DNA of 64,000 nucleotides. Origin: an uncultured Gammaproteobacteria bacterium. GTDB taxonomy: Bacteria > Pseudomonadota > Gammaproteobacteria > UBA9214. The notes under the pieces were generated by a model. That model searched no databases and was not told the origin of the DNA. It was given only the letters and a program-made list of their open reading frames with translations. Shown here one piece after another: positions 41,528 to 53,128 of the stretch; within the stretch, counting starts at the first letter, position 1; every line of letters begins with the position of its first letter. Position numbers and translations under genes: made by a program. The DNA lies in NCBI GenBank assembly GCA_963748215.1, contig CAVVHS010000008.1, positions 224,001-288,000 of the forward strand, written 5' to 3'.

Positions 41528-43393
41528 GTGCCGACGCGGCTGACGCTGAAAGACCACCTGTACGAATCCCGCCTGATCATGCAGCGGACGATCCTGCTGC
41601 TGGTGATCGGCGGCCTGCTGTGCCTGGTCGTGTTCAGTCGCCTGCTTTACCTGCAGGTCGTCGCGCACGAACACTACACCACGCTGTCCGAGGACAACCG
41701 TGTCAAGCTGCAACCGATACCGCCCAACCGCGGCCTGATCTACGACCGCAACGGCATCCTGCTGGCGGAGAACCTGCCGTCCTACCGGCTGGAGATCACG
41801 CCGGAACAGATCGACGACATGAGTGCCACGATCGATGCGCTGGCGGAGATTCTGGAGATCCGCCCCAGTGACCGCACACGCTTCGAACAGCTCGTGCTGC
41901 GCAAGCCGCGCTTCGAGGCCATCCCGCTGCTGTTCCACCTGAGTGACGAGGAAGTCGCGCGCTTTTCGGTCAACCGGCACCGTTTCCCCGGCGTCGACAT
42001 CACCGCCGGGCTGGCACGTCATTACCCGCAGGGCTCACTCGCCGTGCATGCGCTCGGCTACGTCGGCCGCATCGACGAGCAGGCACTCAAGGTACTGGAC
42101 ACCTCCAACTACCGTGGCACCACGTACGTCGGCAAGATCGGCATCGAAAAGACCTACGAGGCGCTGCTGCACGGCAAGGTAGGCCTGCAGCAGGTGGAGA
42201 CCACGGCCCAGGGCCGCGTGCTGCGCGTGCTAAACCGCATGGCGCCGGAATCCGGCCGCAACCTCTACCTCACCCTGGATTCACGCGTGCAGCGCGCCGC
42301 CGAGGCCGCGTTCGGCGATTTCAGCGGCTCGGCGATTGCCATTGATCCGGAGAACGGTCACGTGCTCGCCTTCGTCAGCCTGCCGACCTATGACCCGAAC
42401 CCGTTCGTCAATGGCATCGAGCGCAGCGCCTATGATGCGCTCAGGAACAGTGACTACCAGCCGCTGTTCAACCGCGCCCTGCGCGGACAGTATCCGCCCG
42501 GCTCCACCATCAAGCCGTTCATGGGCCTGGCCGGCCTGGAACAGGGCGTCACCAGCAGCCATTCCAGCACCTACTGCCCGGGCTTCTATACCCTGCCGGG
42601 TAACGAGCGCAAGTACCGCGACTGGAAGCGCACCGGGCACGGCACGGTCAACCTGGACATCGCCATCACCCAGTCCTGCGACGTCTACTTCTACGATCTC
42701 GCCCTGTCGCTCGGCATCGATAACATCCATGACTATCTCGCCCACTTCGGCTTCGGCCGTGCCACCGGCATCGACATCCTCGGCGAACTGTCCGGCCTGC
42801 TGCCCTCGCGGGAATGGAAACGACGCCGCCACGACCAGCCGTGGTTTCCCGGCGAAACCGTCATTACCGGCATCGGCCAGGGCTTCTTCCTGGTGACGCC
42901 GATCCAGCTGGCGACCGCCACGGCGGCACTCGCCAACGGCGGCCACATCCTGCAACCCAACATCGTCTACGCCGAACAGGCCGCGAACAGCAGTGCGCTG
43001 ATCCCGTATGCCCCGCGCCTGCTGGAGAACATCACCATCAGCGACCAGCACCACTGGGACGACATTATCAGCGCCATGATCAACGTGGTGCACGGCGCAC
43101 GCGGCACGGCGCGGGCCATCGGCACCGACAGTCCCTACCGGATTGCCGGCAAGACCGGCACCGCGCAGGTGTATGGCCTGAAGGAGGAAGAGAAATACAA
43201 TGCCGCGGAGATCGACGAAAAGCTGCGCGATCACGCCCTGTTCATCGCCTACGCGCCGGTCGAGAAGCCGAAGATCGCGGTCGCGGTGATCGTGGAAAAC
43301 GGTGGTGGCGGCGGCTCGGTCGCGGCCCCCATCGCACGCAAGATCCTGGACGCCTACCTGCTGGGTAACAAACCACCGGAAAAGACACCATGA
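41528..43393 (+). CDS. mrdA: Penicillin-binding protein 2
   Basis: PPGSTIK (SxxK), SCD (SxD), KTGTAQ, RDHALF. Confidence 0.97.
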   Translation: MPTRLTLKDHLYESRLIMQRTILLLVIGGLLCLVVFSRLLYLQVVAHEHYTTLSEDNRVKLQPIPPNRGLIYDRNGILLAENLPSYRLEITPEQIDDMSATIDALAEILEIRPSDRTRFEQLVLRKPRFEAIPLLFHLSDEEVARFSVNRHRFPGVDITAGLARHYPQGSLAVHALGYVGRIDEQALKVLDTSNYRGTTYVGKIGIEKTYEALLHGKVGLQQVETTAQGRVLRVLNRMAPESGRNLYLTLDSRVQRAAEAAFGDFSGSAIAIDPENGHVLAFVSLPTYDPNPFVNGIERSAYDALRNSDYQPLFNRALRGQYPPGSTIKPFMGLAGLEQGVTSSHSSTYCPGFYTLPGNERKYRDWKRTGHGTVNLDIAITQSCDVYFYDLALSLGIDNIHDYLAHFGFGRATGIDILGELSGLLPSREWKRRRHDQPWFPGETVITGIGQGFFLVTPIQLATATAALANGGHILQPNIVYAEQAANSSALIPYAPRLLENITISDQHHWDDIISAMINVVHGARGTARAIGTDSPYRIAGKTGTAQVYGLKEEEKYNAAEIDEKLRDHALFIAYAPVEKPKIAVAVIVENGGGGGSVAAPIARKILDAYLLGNKPPEKTP

Positions 43394-44514
43394 ATATCGC
43401 CATCGGCCGTCACCATGCAGACGCCAGCAAGCGCGGCTGGCAGTACCGCCTGCACCTGGACGCACCGCTGCTGTTCGTCCTGATCGGCGTGTGTACGTAC
43501 GGGCTGATCGTGCTGTACAGCGCCGGTGGCGGCAGCATCGAAATCGTCGAACGCCAGCTGGTGCGGCTCGCCATTGCCTTCACCGGCATGTTCGTCGTCG
43601 CCCAGGTGCCGCCGCGCCTGCTGCAGCGCCTGACGCCGTGGGCCTTCGTGATCGGTGTGCTGTTCCTGCTCGCGGTGCTGGTCATCGGCGAAACCAGCGG
43701 CGGCGCGCAACGCTGGCTCGACCTGTACGTGGTGCGCTTCCAGCCGTCCGAGATCATGAAGCTGGCCGTGCCGATGATGGTGGCCAGGTACCTGGCGGAT
43801 TCGCGCCTGCCGCCCAACCGCTGGCAGCTGCTGACCGCGGCGGTACTGATCGCGGTACCGATGCTGATGATCGCCAAACAGCCGGACCTCGGCACTGCCC
43901 TGCTGATCGCCAGCTCGGGGTTCTTCGTGGTGTTCCTGGCCGGGCTGCAATGGCGGCTGCTGGCGTTCTTTTCGTTGCTGACCACCGCCGCAATGCCGGT
44001 AATCTGGCACTTCATGCATGATTACCAGCGCCAGCGTGTCATCACCCTGCTGAACCCGGAAAGCGACCCGCTCGGCTCCGGCTACCACATCATCCAGTCG
44101 AAGATCGCGATCGGCTCCGGCGGGCTGTTCGGCAAGGGCTGGCTGAACGGCACGCAGTCACAGCTCGATTTCCTGCCGGAACGTTCCACCGACTTCATCT
44201 TCGCCGTGCTCGGCGAGGAATTCGGTTTCCTCGGCATCCTGCTGCTGTTCACGTTCTACGCCATTATCGTGGTGCGCGGTATGATGATCGCCATCCAGGC
44301 ACAGGACACCTACACGCGCCTGCTGGCCGGCAGTATCGCGATGACCTTCTGCGTGTATTTCATCGTCAACACCGGCATGGTGACCGGCCTGCTGCCGGTG
44401 GTGGGACTGCCGCTGCCGATGATCAGCTACGGCGGCACCTCCATCGTGACCATGATGGCCGGCTTCGGTATCCTCATGTCGATCCAGACACACCGCAAGC
44501 TGCTGGCGACCTGA
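43390..44514 (+). CDS. rodA: SEDS glycosyltransferase RodA
   Basis: GAQRWL, FQPSE, QPDLGT, GYHIIQS, FLPE..TDF, SYGGTS. Confidence 0.97.
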   Translation: MNIAIGRHHADASKRGWQYRLHLDAPLLFVLIGVCTYGLIVLYSAGGGSIEIVERQLVRLAIAFTGMFVVAQVPPRLLQRLTPWAFVIGVLFLLAVLVIGETSGGAQRWLDLYVVRFQPSEIMKLAVPMMVARYLADSRLPPNRWQLLTAAVLIAVPMLMIAKQPDLGTALLIASSGFFVVFLAGLQWRLLAFFSLLTTAAMPVIWHFMHDYQRQRVITLLNPESDPLGSGYHIIQSKIAIGSGGLFGKGWLNGTQSQLDFLPERSTDFIFAVLGEEFGFLGILLLFTFYAIIVVRGMMIAIQAQDTYTRLLAGSIAMTFCVYFIVNTGMVTGLLPVVGLPLPMISYGGTSIVTMMAGFGILMSIQTHRKLLAT

Positions 44515-44578
44515 CCCGGACAGGTTTCCGGAATTCGGTGTAGAATAGGCAGCCGGTCGTTTACTACAGGTACGTTGC

Positions 44579-45656
44579 ATGGCGCTATCCATTCGCGGTA
44601 TACGGTTGATCATCCCCCTGCTGGCGACAACGGTCGGCTGCACACCGGCGCAGTCTGTCCAGCGCGACAGCTACGCTGCCAGTCCGCAGGCACGCACCTT
44701 CATCGAGGCCATGGTGGCGAAGCACGGCTTCAGCCAGGACGCGCTGCAGGACCTGTTCAGCCAGACCGAGCGCCGCGACGACATTCTCGAACTGATGAGC
44801 AAGCCGGCCGAGAAGCGGCTGCAGTGGTACGAGTACCGCAAGATCTTCCTGACCCAGGACCGCATCGATGGCGGCGTACGCTTCTGGAAGCAGCATGCGG
44901 GCGACCTCGCCGATGCCGCGGCCACCTTCGGTGTCGATCCCCAGGTCATCGTGGCCATCATCGGCGTAGAGACCCGTTATGGCGGCAATACCGGCCGTCA
45001 CCGGGTCATCGACGCCCTCGCCACGCTGGCCTTCGACTACCCGCCGCGCAGCGAATTCTTCACCAGCGAACTGGAGCAGTACCTGCTGCTGGCGCGCGAG
45101 GAGGAGATCGACCTGCTGAAAACCACCGGCTCCTATGCCGGCGCCATGGGCTACGGCCAGTTCATTCCCAGCAGCTACCGCCGCTACGCGGTCGATTTCG
45201 ACGCCAACGGCCGGCGCGACCTGTGGGACAGCCCGCGTGACATCATTGGCAGCGTCGCGAACTATTTCAAGGCACACGGCTGGGAACAGGGCCAGCCGGT
45301 CGCGGTACGCGCCACCGTCAGCGGCGATGCCTGGGAGGCGGTGCTGAAACTCGGCTACAAGCCGAACACGGTGCTCGATGCGCTGCGCCACGACGGCGTC
45401 ACCCCGGCGCGAACCCATGCCGGATACGCTGACCGCCGCGCTGATCCAGTTCGACCAGCAGGACGGCCCGGAATACTGGCTCGGGTTCAACAACTTTTAC
45501 GTGATTACGCGCTACAATCACAGTCCGCTCTACGCCATGGCGGTGTACCAGCTGAGCGAGGAGATTCGCGCCGCCCGGGACGTGGCGGAATCATCTGCGA
45601 GCAGGCCGGCCGGGGCGCTTGCCAAACACATTCCCGCGCGGGAAAATCCGGACTGA
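44579..45656 (+). CDS. mltB: Lytic murein transglycosylase B; +1 frameshift near 45408
   Basis: [26 protein letters not shown]; C-terminus [19 protein letters not shown] lies in ORF 45378-45656. Confidence 0.93.
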
Positions 45657-45679
45657 ACGCACGTAGACGGGGACAGACA

Positions 45680-46525
45680 ATGACTATTGCGATGACTGCG
45701 AAACAGGTATTCCTGCCGGCGTGCGCGCTGGCCATCGCCGCCTGGCTCACCGGCTGCTCGACCTCGGGCATGCTGGAGCCGTCCGACGATGCACCGGCCA
45801 GCCCGCGCGATGTTTCCGGCATCCCGAATGCCGTGCCCAAACCGGAACCGCTGAGCCGCTACGGCAACCCGCAGTCCTACGTCGTCTACGGCGAACGCTA
45901 CTTCACCCTGCCAAGCAGCAAGGGCTACAGGGAGCGGGGCCTGGCCTCCTGGTATGGCACCAAGTTCCATGGCAAGCGCACCTCCAGCGGCGAGCCCTAC
46001 GACCTGTACGCCATGACCGCCGCGCACAAGACCCTGCCGCTGCCGACCTATGTCGAGGTTACCAACCTCGACAACAACCGCAGCGTGATCGTCAAGGTCA
46101 ACGACCGCGGGCCCTTCCACGACGGACGCATTATCGATCTGTCCTACTCCGCGGCCCACAAGCTCGGCATCCTCGGCACGGGGACCGGCCGCGTGGAAGT
46201 GCACGCCATCGACCCGGTGGCAGCGGACCGGGTGCCGTCCGATCAGCCGGTGCTGGTCGAAACCGATACCCCGGCCGCCCCCGAAGCGAACAGCCAGCTG
46301 TTCCTGCAGGTCGGCGCCTTCCAGAGCCACGACAACGCCAAACGCCTGCGCAGCAATATCGAGGGCCAGAATCTTGGCGCCGTACGCATTGTCGAAACCG
46401 CCACCACGGCGGGCACCTTCTATAAGGTGCAGGTCGGGCCACTGCCGGATACCGCCGCCGCCGACCGCATCGCGCGTGCGCTCAAGCCGCTCGGCATCAA
46501 CGAGGCGCGCACCTACGTGCAGTGA
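45680..46525 (+). CDS. rlpA: Septal ring lytic transglycosylase RlpA (DPBB + SPOR)
   Basis: Lipobox LTGC, G.ASWYG.KFHG, TAAHKTLPLP, VNDRGPF, LQVGAF. Confidence 0.95.
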   Translation: MTIAMTAKQVFLPACALAIAAWLTGCSTSGMLEPSDDAPASPRDVSGIPNAVPKPEPLSRYGNPQSYVVYGERYFTLPSSKGYRERGLASWYGTKFHGKRTSSGEPYDLYAMTAAHKTLPLPTYVEVTNLDNNRSVIVKVNDRGPFHDGRIIDLSYSAAHKLGILGTGTGRVEVHAIDPVAADRVPSDQPVLVETDTPAAPEANSQLFLQVGAFQSHDNAKRLRSNIEGQNLGAVRIVETATTAGTFYKVQVGPLPDTAAADRIARALKPLGINEARTYVQ

Positions 46526-46603
46526 GCCGGCCGCCGTTGCAAAACAACGGCGAGACGCGGACAATGCAGGCACTTCAGCGGCCTCAACAGCACCAGGGAT
46601 ATC

Positions 46604-47785
46604 ATGCATAACAGACTGATTTACATAATTATTTCAGCATTCCTCCTCCTTACCAGCAACCTCACCAACGCCGAATCCAAGGCCGCGCCGCAACCGATAC
46701 CCGCGACCGCTGCGTTGCCCATCCCGAAGGCACCCGCCAGCGGCGCCAAGGCCTTCGTCATCCGGGACTATGACAGCGGCCGGGTGATTGCCGAACAGAA
46801 CGCCGACGAACACTACGACCCGGCCAGCATCACCAAGCTCATGACGGCCTACGTGATCTTCAACGAGCTGAAATCCGGCCATATCCAGCTGACCGACCTG
46901 GTCACCATCAGCGAAAAGGCGTGGCGTACCCCGGGTTCGCGCATGTTCGTCGAGGTCGGCAAGCAGGTCGTGGTGGAGGACCTGCTGCAGGGCATGATCG
47001 TGCAATCGGGCAACGACGCCACTGTGGCGCTGGCCGAGTACCTCGCCGGCAGCGAGGAAACCTTTGCCGCGCTGATGAACCGCACGGCCGAGGAGATGGG
47101 CCTCAAGGGCAGTCACTTCATCAACTCGACCGGCCTGCCCGACGAGAACCACTACATGACCGCCCGCGATATCGCAGTGCTTGCCGCCCGCGTCATCCGC
47201 GAGCACCCCGAGTACTACAAGTGGTATTCACAGAAGGAGTACACCTTCAACGACATCACCCAGTACAACCGCAACAAGCTGCTGTGGCAGGACGAGACGG
47301 TGGACGGGGTGAAGACCGGCTTCACCGATGCGGCAGGCTACTGCCTGGTGACCTCGGCGAAGAAGGACGGCATGCGGCTGATCACCGTGGTGCTCGGCAC
47401 CGGCAGCGCCAGTGCACGCATCGACGCCAGCCAGGCCCTGCTCAATTACGGTTTCCGCTTCTTCGAAACGCACAAGCTGTACGACGCCGGTACCGCACTG
47501 ACCTCCTCGCGCGTCTGGAAGGGCGGCACCGATTCCGTTCCGCTCGGGCTGGACCGCATCCTGTACGTCACCATCCCGCGCGGCCAGTATGAGTCGCTGG
47601 ATGCCTCGATGAAGATCGACAACCGCATCATGGCGCCACTCCAGGCAGGCACCCCGCTGGGCAGCGTGCAGGTCAAGCTTGGAGAGGACGTTGTCGCCGA
47701 GCAACCGCTGGTTAGCCTGCAGCCCGTTGCCGAAGGCTCGTTCTGGCAACGCATCGTCGACGAAGCGCTGCTCTACGTCGAATAG
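46604..47785 (+). CDS. dacA: D-alanyl-D-alanine carboxypeptidase (PBP5/6 type)
   Basis: PASITK, QSGNDA, KTG motifs; could equally be labelled dacC. Confidence 0.92.
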   Translation: MHNRLIYIIISAFLLLTSNLTNAESKAAPQPIPATAALPIPKAPASGAKAFVIRDYDSGRVIAEQNADEHYDPASITKLMTAYVIFNELKSGHIQLTDLVTISEKAWRTPGSRMFVEVGKQVVVEDLLQGMIVQSGNDATVALAEYLAGSEETFAALMNRTAEEMGLKGSHFINSTGLPDENHYMTARDIAVLAARVIREHPEYYKWYSQKEYTFNDITQYNRNKLLWQDETVDGVKTGFTDAAGYCLVTSAKKDGMRLITVVLGTGSASARIDASQALLNYGFRFFETHKLYDAGTALTSSRVWKGGTDSVPLGLDRILYVTIPRGQYESLDASMKIDNRIMAPLQAGTPLGSVQVKLGEDVVAEQPLVSLQPVAEGSFWQRIVDEALLYVE

Positions 47786-47805
47786 CCCGATAGCGCCCGA
47801 CTGAC

Positions 47806-48669
47806 ATGCCGGTTGCCTACCTGAATGGCGCCTTCCTGCCTGTGGAACAGGCGCAGGTCTCCGTGCTCGACCGCGGCTTCCTGTTCGGCGACGGCGTGTA
47901 CGAGGTCATCCCGGTGTACGGCGGCCGGCTGTTCAGGCTCGCGCATCACCTCAAGCGCCTGCGCAACAGCCTGGCCGGCGTACGCATCGACAACCCGCTC
48001 GACGACGGTGAATGGGCCAGGGTGCTGGACGAACTGGTCACCCGCAACGAGGGCAGCGACCAGGCCGTGTACCTGAAGGTCACGCGCGGTGCCGACGTGA
48101 AGCGCGATCATGCCTTCCCCACCGGCGTCAAACCCACCGTGTTCGCCATGAGTTCGCCGCTGCCGGGGCCGCGCGACCTCGCCAGGGAAGCGGGCATACG
48201 CGCCATCACGCTGACCGACATCCGCTGGCAGCTGTGCAACATCAAGGCCATCACCCTGCTGCCGAACGTGCTGCTGCGCCAGCAGGCCATCGACGCCGGC
48301 AGTGCCGAGGCCATCCTCATCAATGACGGACGGGCCATCGAGGGCGCGGCCAGCAACCTGTTCATCGTGAAAAACGGCATCGTGATCACACCGCCCAACA
48401 GCAACGCCCTGCTGCCCGGCATCACCCGCGACCTGGTGCTGGAACTGGCCGCCAACAACGCCATCCCGTTCCGCGAGGCCGACATCAGTGAGACCGAACT
48501 GCATGCCGCGGACGAAATCTGGCTGACCAGCTCGACACGTGAAATCTCCCCCGTCGTTATCCTCGACGAACAGCCGGTCGGCGTCGGCAAGCCCGGCCCG
48601 CTCTGGCAGCGCATGAGCCGTCTGTACCAGGACTACACCGCCGCCGTGCGCCGCGGCGAGGCCGGCTAG
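47806..48669 (+). CDS. dat: D-amino-acid aminotransferase (class IV PLP)
   Basis: DRGFLFGDGVYE, IKAITLL, EGAASN, LPGITR; usual position after dac. Confidence 0.88.
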   Translation: MPVAYLNGAFLPVEQAQVSVLDRGFLFGDGVYEVIPVYGGRLFRLAHHLKRLRNSLAGVRIDNPLDDGEWARVLDELVTRNEGSDQAVYLKVTRGADVKRDHAFPTGVKPTVFAMSSPLPGPRDLAREAGIRAITLTDIRWQLCNIKAITLLPNVLLRQQAIDAGSAEAILINDGRAIEGAASNLFIVKNGIVITPPNSNALLPGITRDLVLELAANNAIPFREADISETELHAADEIWLTSSTREISPVVILDEQPVGVGKPGPLWQRMSRLYQDYTAAVRRGEAG

Positions 48670-48948
48670 CTTCGTTCTGCACCTGCAAGAGCAGACCGCG
48701 TCCGCGAACTGCATCAATCCAACCTCCAGCAATCCCGTTAGTCCTTTCGTCTTATTGAGCGGCAGGCGTTTTGTTGTATATTCGGTAACCGCGTAAAAAA
48801 CCAGATCGGCGTTTGCATCGGCCTATCCAGGATAGCCCGGAGATAAAGTGTTGAAATCTGGGGAGCAGAGCAGAACCATGTCGGACAGTCATGCATTATT
48901 TTGCACGAATATCGTGCCTACACACTGTTAGGGCTAATAGATATCTCG

Positions 48949-49296
48949 ATGGATAAAGCCGTGGAAGCGTATTTGGCATCGGTACCAAAAGATCGGAAGC
49001 CGATAGTGGACACACTCCATAAACTAATTGTCGGGTTATATCCCAAGGCCAGAATCGATATGAGATACAAAATGCCAACCTACCAAATTGGTGATGGATG
49101 GGTGGCCTTGGCAAATCAGAAAAACCACGTATCGCTTTATACGTGTGGATATCACCATATTGCTGCTTTCAAAGAAAAGCATCCGAAAATCAAAACAGGA
49201 AAAGGGTGCATTAATATTCGGCCTGGTGATCAATTACCTCTTCAAGACCTAAAGGCTGTTGTAAAACATGCGATTACTCAACCGAAAGGGCAATAG
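48949..49296 (+). CDS. DUF1801 (YdhG-like) protein, cassette-borne
   Basis: V..YL..VP..R, Y.MPTY, NQKNHVSLY, TGKGCI; AT-rich codons. Confidence 0.85.
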   Translation: MDKAVEAYLASVPKDRKPIVDTLHKLIVGLYPKARIDMRYKMPTYQIGDGWVALANQKNHVSLYTCGYHHIAAFKEKHPKIKTGKGCINIRPGDQLPLQDLKAVVKHAITQPKGQ

Positions 49297-49392
49297 CCCT
49301 GACAAGTCGTTCGAGCTGACCCTTGACCGCGTCCTCGCGTCGCTGTCGCTCTGCTCGTCGCCGTCAAGGCCAGCTCAACTCAAACGTTCAGC
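49296..49392 (+). mobile_element. Integron attC site
   Basis: R'' GCCCTGAC nearly complements the cassette 5' end GTTAGGGC (48927-48934). Stem GAGCTG[A]CCCTTGAC / GTCAAGGCCAGCTC. R' GTTCAGC. Confidence 0.8.
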
Positions 49393-49415
49393 AATCCAGA
49401 TCGCGAGGGTGAACC

Positions 49416-49913
49416 ATGTTTAGCAAGTTACTGGCATTATCTATTGTTATCGGAAGTCTGGCCGCGGTTCCTGTATATACCTGCGCGGCAGAGCCTGATG
49501 CCCCGCATCAAGGCATCGCGTTATCGCCGGATTTGCTGAACCTGCTCAGGGCAGAAATGCGTGAAATCGCCGGGGGAGTAGAGGGCATCGCCTTGTCACT
49601 GGCGACTGCGGACTGGATGTCAATCCAGGAAACCAGCACGAAAATACGGGGCAGTTACATCATGGAGAAAAAGCTCACTGCGGCCCAGAAAAATGAACTG
49701 GAGCAGGCGCTGCCCGGGCATTTCAGGCAGCTTGATGCAGCATTCCACCAGCGAGCGGAACGGCTCGGAGAGGCCGCAGCAGCCCATGATCCTGAACTTG
49801 TCGCTTTCCATTATTCGCGTCTGATCGAAAGCTGCGCCCTTTGTCATTCAGCCTATGCCAAATCGCGGTTTCCTGGGTTCTCTCCCCCTGCACCGCAGGG
49901 CCATCATCACTGA
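49416..49913 (+). CDS. Periplasmic cytochrome c'-like helical-bundle protein, cassette-borne
   Basis: Signal peptide, helical body, C-terminal CALCH heme motif, His-rich end. Confidence 0.82.
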   Translation: MFSKLLALSIVIGSLAAVPVYTCAAEPDAPHQGIALSPDLLNLLRAEMREIAGGVEGIALSLATADWMSIQETSTKIRGSYIMEKKLTAAQKNELEQALPGHFRQLDAAFHQRAERLGEAAAAHDPELVAFHYSRLIESCALCHSAYAKSRFPGFSPPAPQGHHH

Positions 49914-49918
49914 GCGAA

Positions 49919-49980
49919 ACATAACAAACCGTTGCAGTGTCAGACCTGGCGGTCCGCCACCTTTAACTCAATCGTTCCTG
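49919..49980 (+). mobile_element. Degenerate attC-like site
   Basis: ACATAACaaaccgttGCAG...TTAActcaatcGTT spacing is typical of attC, but the stem is eroded. Confidence 0.55.
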
Positions 49981-50002
49981 AACTCATCAACAGCGACATG
50001 CA

Positions 50003-50458
50003 ATGAATATCTGGGTAGATGCCGATGCCTGTCCCGCGGTGATCAAGGATATCCTGTTCCGCGCGGCGGAACGAACCGGAACACGGCTCACGCTGGTAGC
50101 AAACCAGCCCCTGCGCATACCGCCATCGAAACACATCAGGCTGCTGCAGGTGGCATCCGGTTTCGATGTCGCCGATAACGAGATCGTCAAACGGCTCGCG
50201 GCGGGTGACCTGGTCATCACCGGCGATATTCCGCTGGCGGCCGAGGTCATCGAAAAAGGCGGTCATGCCCTCAATCCCCGCGGCGAACTGTATACGACCG
50301 AGACCATCAGGGCCCGGTTGAACATGCGGGATTTCATGGATACCCTGCGGGCCAGCGGCATACACACGGGCGGCCCGCCGGCACTGAGCCAGGTCGACCG
50401 CAAGGCGTTCGCGGATCATCTGGACACGCTGCTGGCCCGAAATGCGCCCGGAACCTGA
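50003..50458 (+). CDS. YaiI/YqxD family protein (UPF0178)
   Basis: [33 protein letters not shown]. Confidence 0.94.
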   Translation: MNIWVDADACPAVIKDILFRAAERTGTRLTLVANQPLRIPPSKHIRLLQVASGFDVADNEIVKRLAAGDLVITGDIPLAAEVIEKGGHALNPRGELYTTETIRARLNMRDFMDTLRASGIHTGGPPALSQVDRKAFADHLDTLLARNAPGT

Positions 50459-50509
50459 GCGGTAAAAAACCACCGGCAATGCGGCGGCGGTGATAGATTC
50501 GACGGCAAT

Positions 50510-50546
50510 AAAAAGACAGGCGGATCGGAATACTCCGACCCGCCTG
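50510..50546 (-). terminator. Intrinsic terminator of the 50580-51491 gene
   Basis: CAGGCGGATCGGA...TCCGACCCGCCTG hairpin with an adjacent A-run (U-run on minus strand). Confidence 0.65.
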
Positions 50547-50579
50547 CCCACTAGCTTACTGCAGGGTTATCCAGGGATA

Positions 50580-51491
<912 letters not shown>

Positions 51492-51544
51492 ATTTTTTAG
51501 CCTCCTAGAGCTAGTGACTTTTGTTGATTGTCAATGCAGTAGGA

Positions 51545-51559
51545 GCAAGAGTTGTGCCA
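51545..51559 (-). promoter_or_regulatory. Sigma-54 (-24/-12) promoter
   Basis: Minus strand TGGCAC-AACTC-TTGC is an exact consensus match, about 55 bp upstream of ATG 51491. Confidence 0.8.
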
Positions 51560-52354
51560 TACCCTATGTCTAGAGACGAAACCCCTGTAAATACAGTGCG
51601 ATGAAGATTTTCATCTGGCGCCGCTACTGATTGCGCTACACAGTTCCTGTCACCACTGGACAACAGAATAATTGCTTGTGCACATAACTCGCTGATTATG
51701 TCCTCGTTGCACTGTTTCCAATCGACAACACAGCAAGGTACACAATGGATCACAGTAAAAAGGAATTACTCGTGCAGGATGCGGCGCACTGGATGACAGA
51801 TGACGATGAAACACCGTTGGTCGAATGAATTCGACCCGACAGTAGTGCCGAATTGATTAATTCACCCACTCATTCAAGGGGATAGCAAAATGAATTCAAT
51901 GTAGGGTGCGTTTTACGCACCGGGAGCGGTGCCCGAAGTGTGACGGTGCGCGCAGCGCAACCTACAACTCAATCGGGGGAAGAGCCAGTTTACTAAATGC
52001 TGCTATTGCGGTGATTAAAGTGTGTTGCGCGTCTGTAAGATATTGTGGTTATCAATGCAGCTTGCAGGATAGCCGGCCATGGCAACGATACTCGCCAAGG
52101 TGCCCATGCCATGATACACGCCACCGCGGCAGTTGCTGTCTGTCTCGGAACCGGAGGTCTTTGTTGACGGTGCACAAAATGAAAATGACGGCGGAGGCAT
52201 TGAATTGAGAGATAATCGCAAGCTTGTACACCGTGCGTCAGGCATTGAAAATGTAGTCAGACAGTGCTTGCAAATAGTTAAAATCCGGATAGTGTCTGCA
52301 ACGAAGCGATCGCTGCCGTGATACACCTCGGCACTCAATTCGGGAAAATGATCC

Positions 52355-52864
52355 ATGACACGTAAATCCATACACCACAGATTCCGGCGCTTTCTGGTCG
52401 ATGTCTCGGAACACACACCGTTTGCAAAACTGGTCATTCTGCTGATCGTGCTGTGGCTGGCATTCGCCGCCGGACTGTACACCGTCGAGCACGCGCTTGT
52501 GGGTGCCAGCATCACCAGCTACGGCTCAGCCCTGTACTGGGGTGTTGCCGCGTTCTCCACCGCCGGCATCGCCGACACACCTGTGTCGGCTCTGGGCCAG
52601 CTCATCGGGGGCGCGTGGATAGTGATCGGCTCAATGCTGTTCTTCGGCACGATCGTCGCGACAGTCACCGCCTACTTCATGCGACCGCTGCAGCGCCCGC
52701 ACAAGAAGATTATCGAAACCATCGAAGTCAATCTGGAACAGCTGAATGATCTGACAGTCGATGAACTGGACCTGTTAAAGGATACCGTCGATACCCTGAT
52801 CACGCATGTCGAGGAATTGAAGGAACGGCAGCAACAGGACAGGGACGCGCAGAAACCCGATTAG
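52355..52864 (+). CDS. Two-TM ion channel (KcsA-like) with atypical filter
   Basis: TM1, pore helix SYGSALYWG, STAGIAD, PVS.LG, TM2, helical tail. Confidence 0.82.
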   Translation: MTRKSIHHRFRRFLVDVSEHTPFAKLVILLIVLWLAFAAGLYTVEHALVGASITSYGSALYWGVAAFSTAGIADTPVSALGQLIGGAWIVIGSMLFFGTIVATVTAYFMRPLQRPHKKIIETIEVNLEQLNDLTVDELDLLKDTVDTLITHVEELKERQQQDRDAQKPD

Positions 52865-53081
52865 TCAGTTGCAGTACCTGACTGACAGATGCAGTTCGCA
52901 GTCTCGCCGCATGCTGCAATGCCATGTCAGTGGTGTATTTCCTGGCCGTTGTGAGAGTTGTTGTTCGCACCTGCCTGCGCTTGTGCATGTAATACTTTCA
53001 CGGGCAACCAGGCTTCTCACTGCACGCGCCGTGTTCTCTGCGGAAAAGTTTATTCATCACGCCGTGGCACGGGACTGACAT

Positions 53082-53109
53082 AAAAAAGGGGCGGCCTACC
53101 CGCCCCTTT
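53082..53109 (-). terminator. Intrinsic terminator of fusA
   Basis: AAAAAAGGGGCGG-cctac-CCGCCCCTTT. Confidence 0.85.
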
Positions 53110-53128
53110 CGATCACTATTGCGAAAGG

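Noticed and set aside
44579-46525. Apparent 648-aa MltB-RlpA fusion ORF
   Set aside because: Produced by a +1 indel near 45408. The real MltB C-terminus is in another frame, the linker is off-frame nonsense, and rlpA has its own start and lipobox.
48670-48930. Integron integrase remnant upstream of the second cassette cluster
   Set aside because: The minus-strand frames I translated show no IntI-like motifs.
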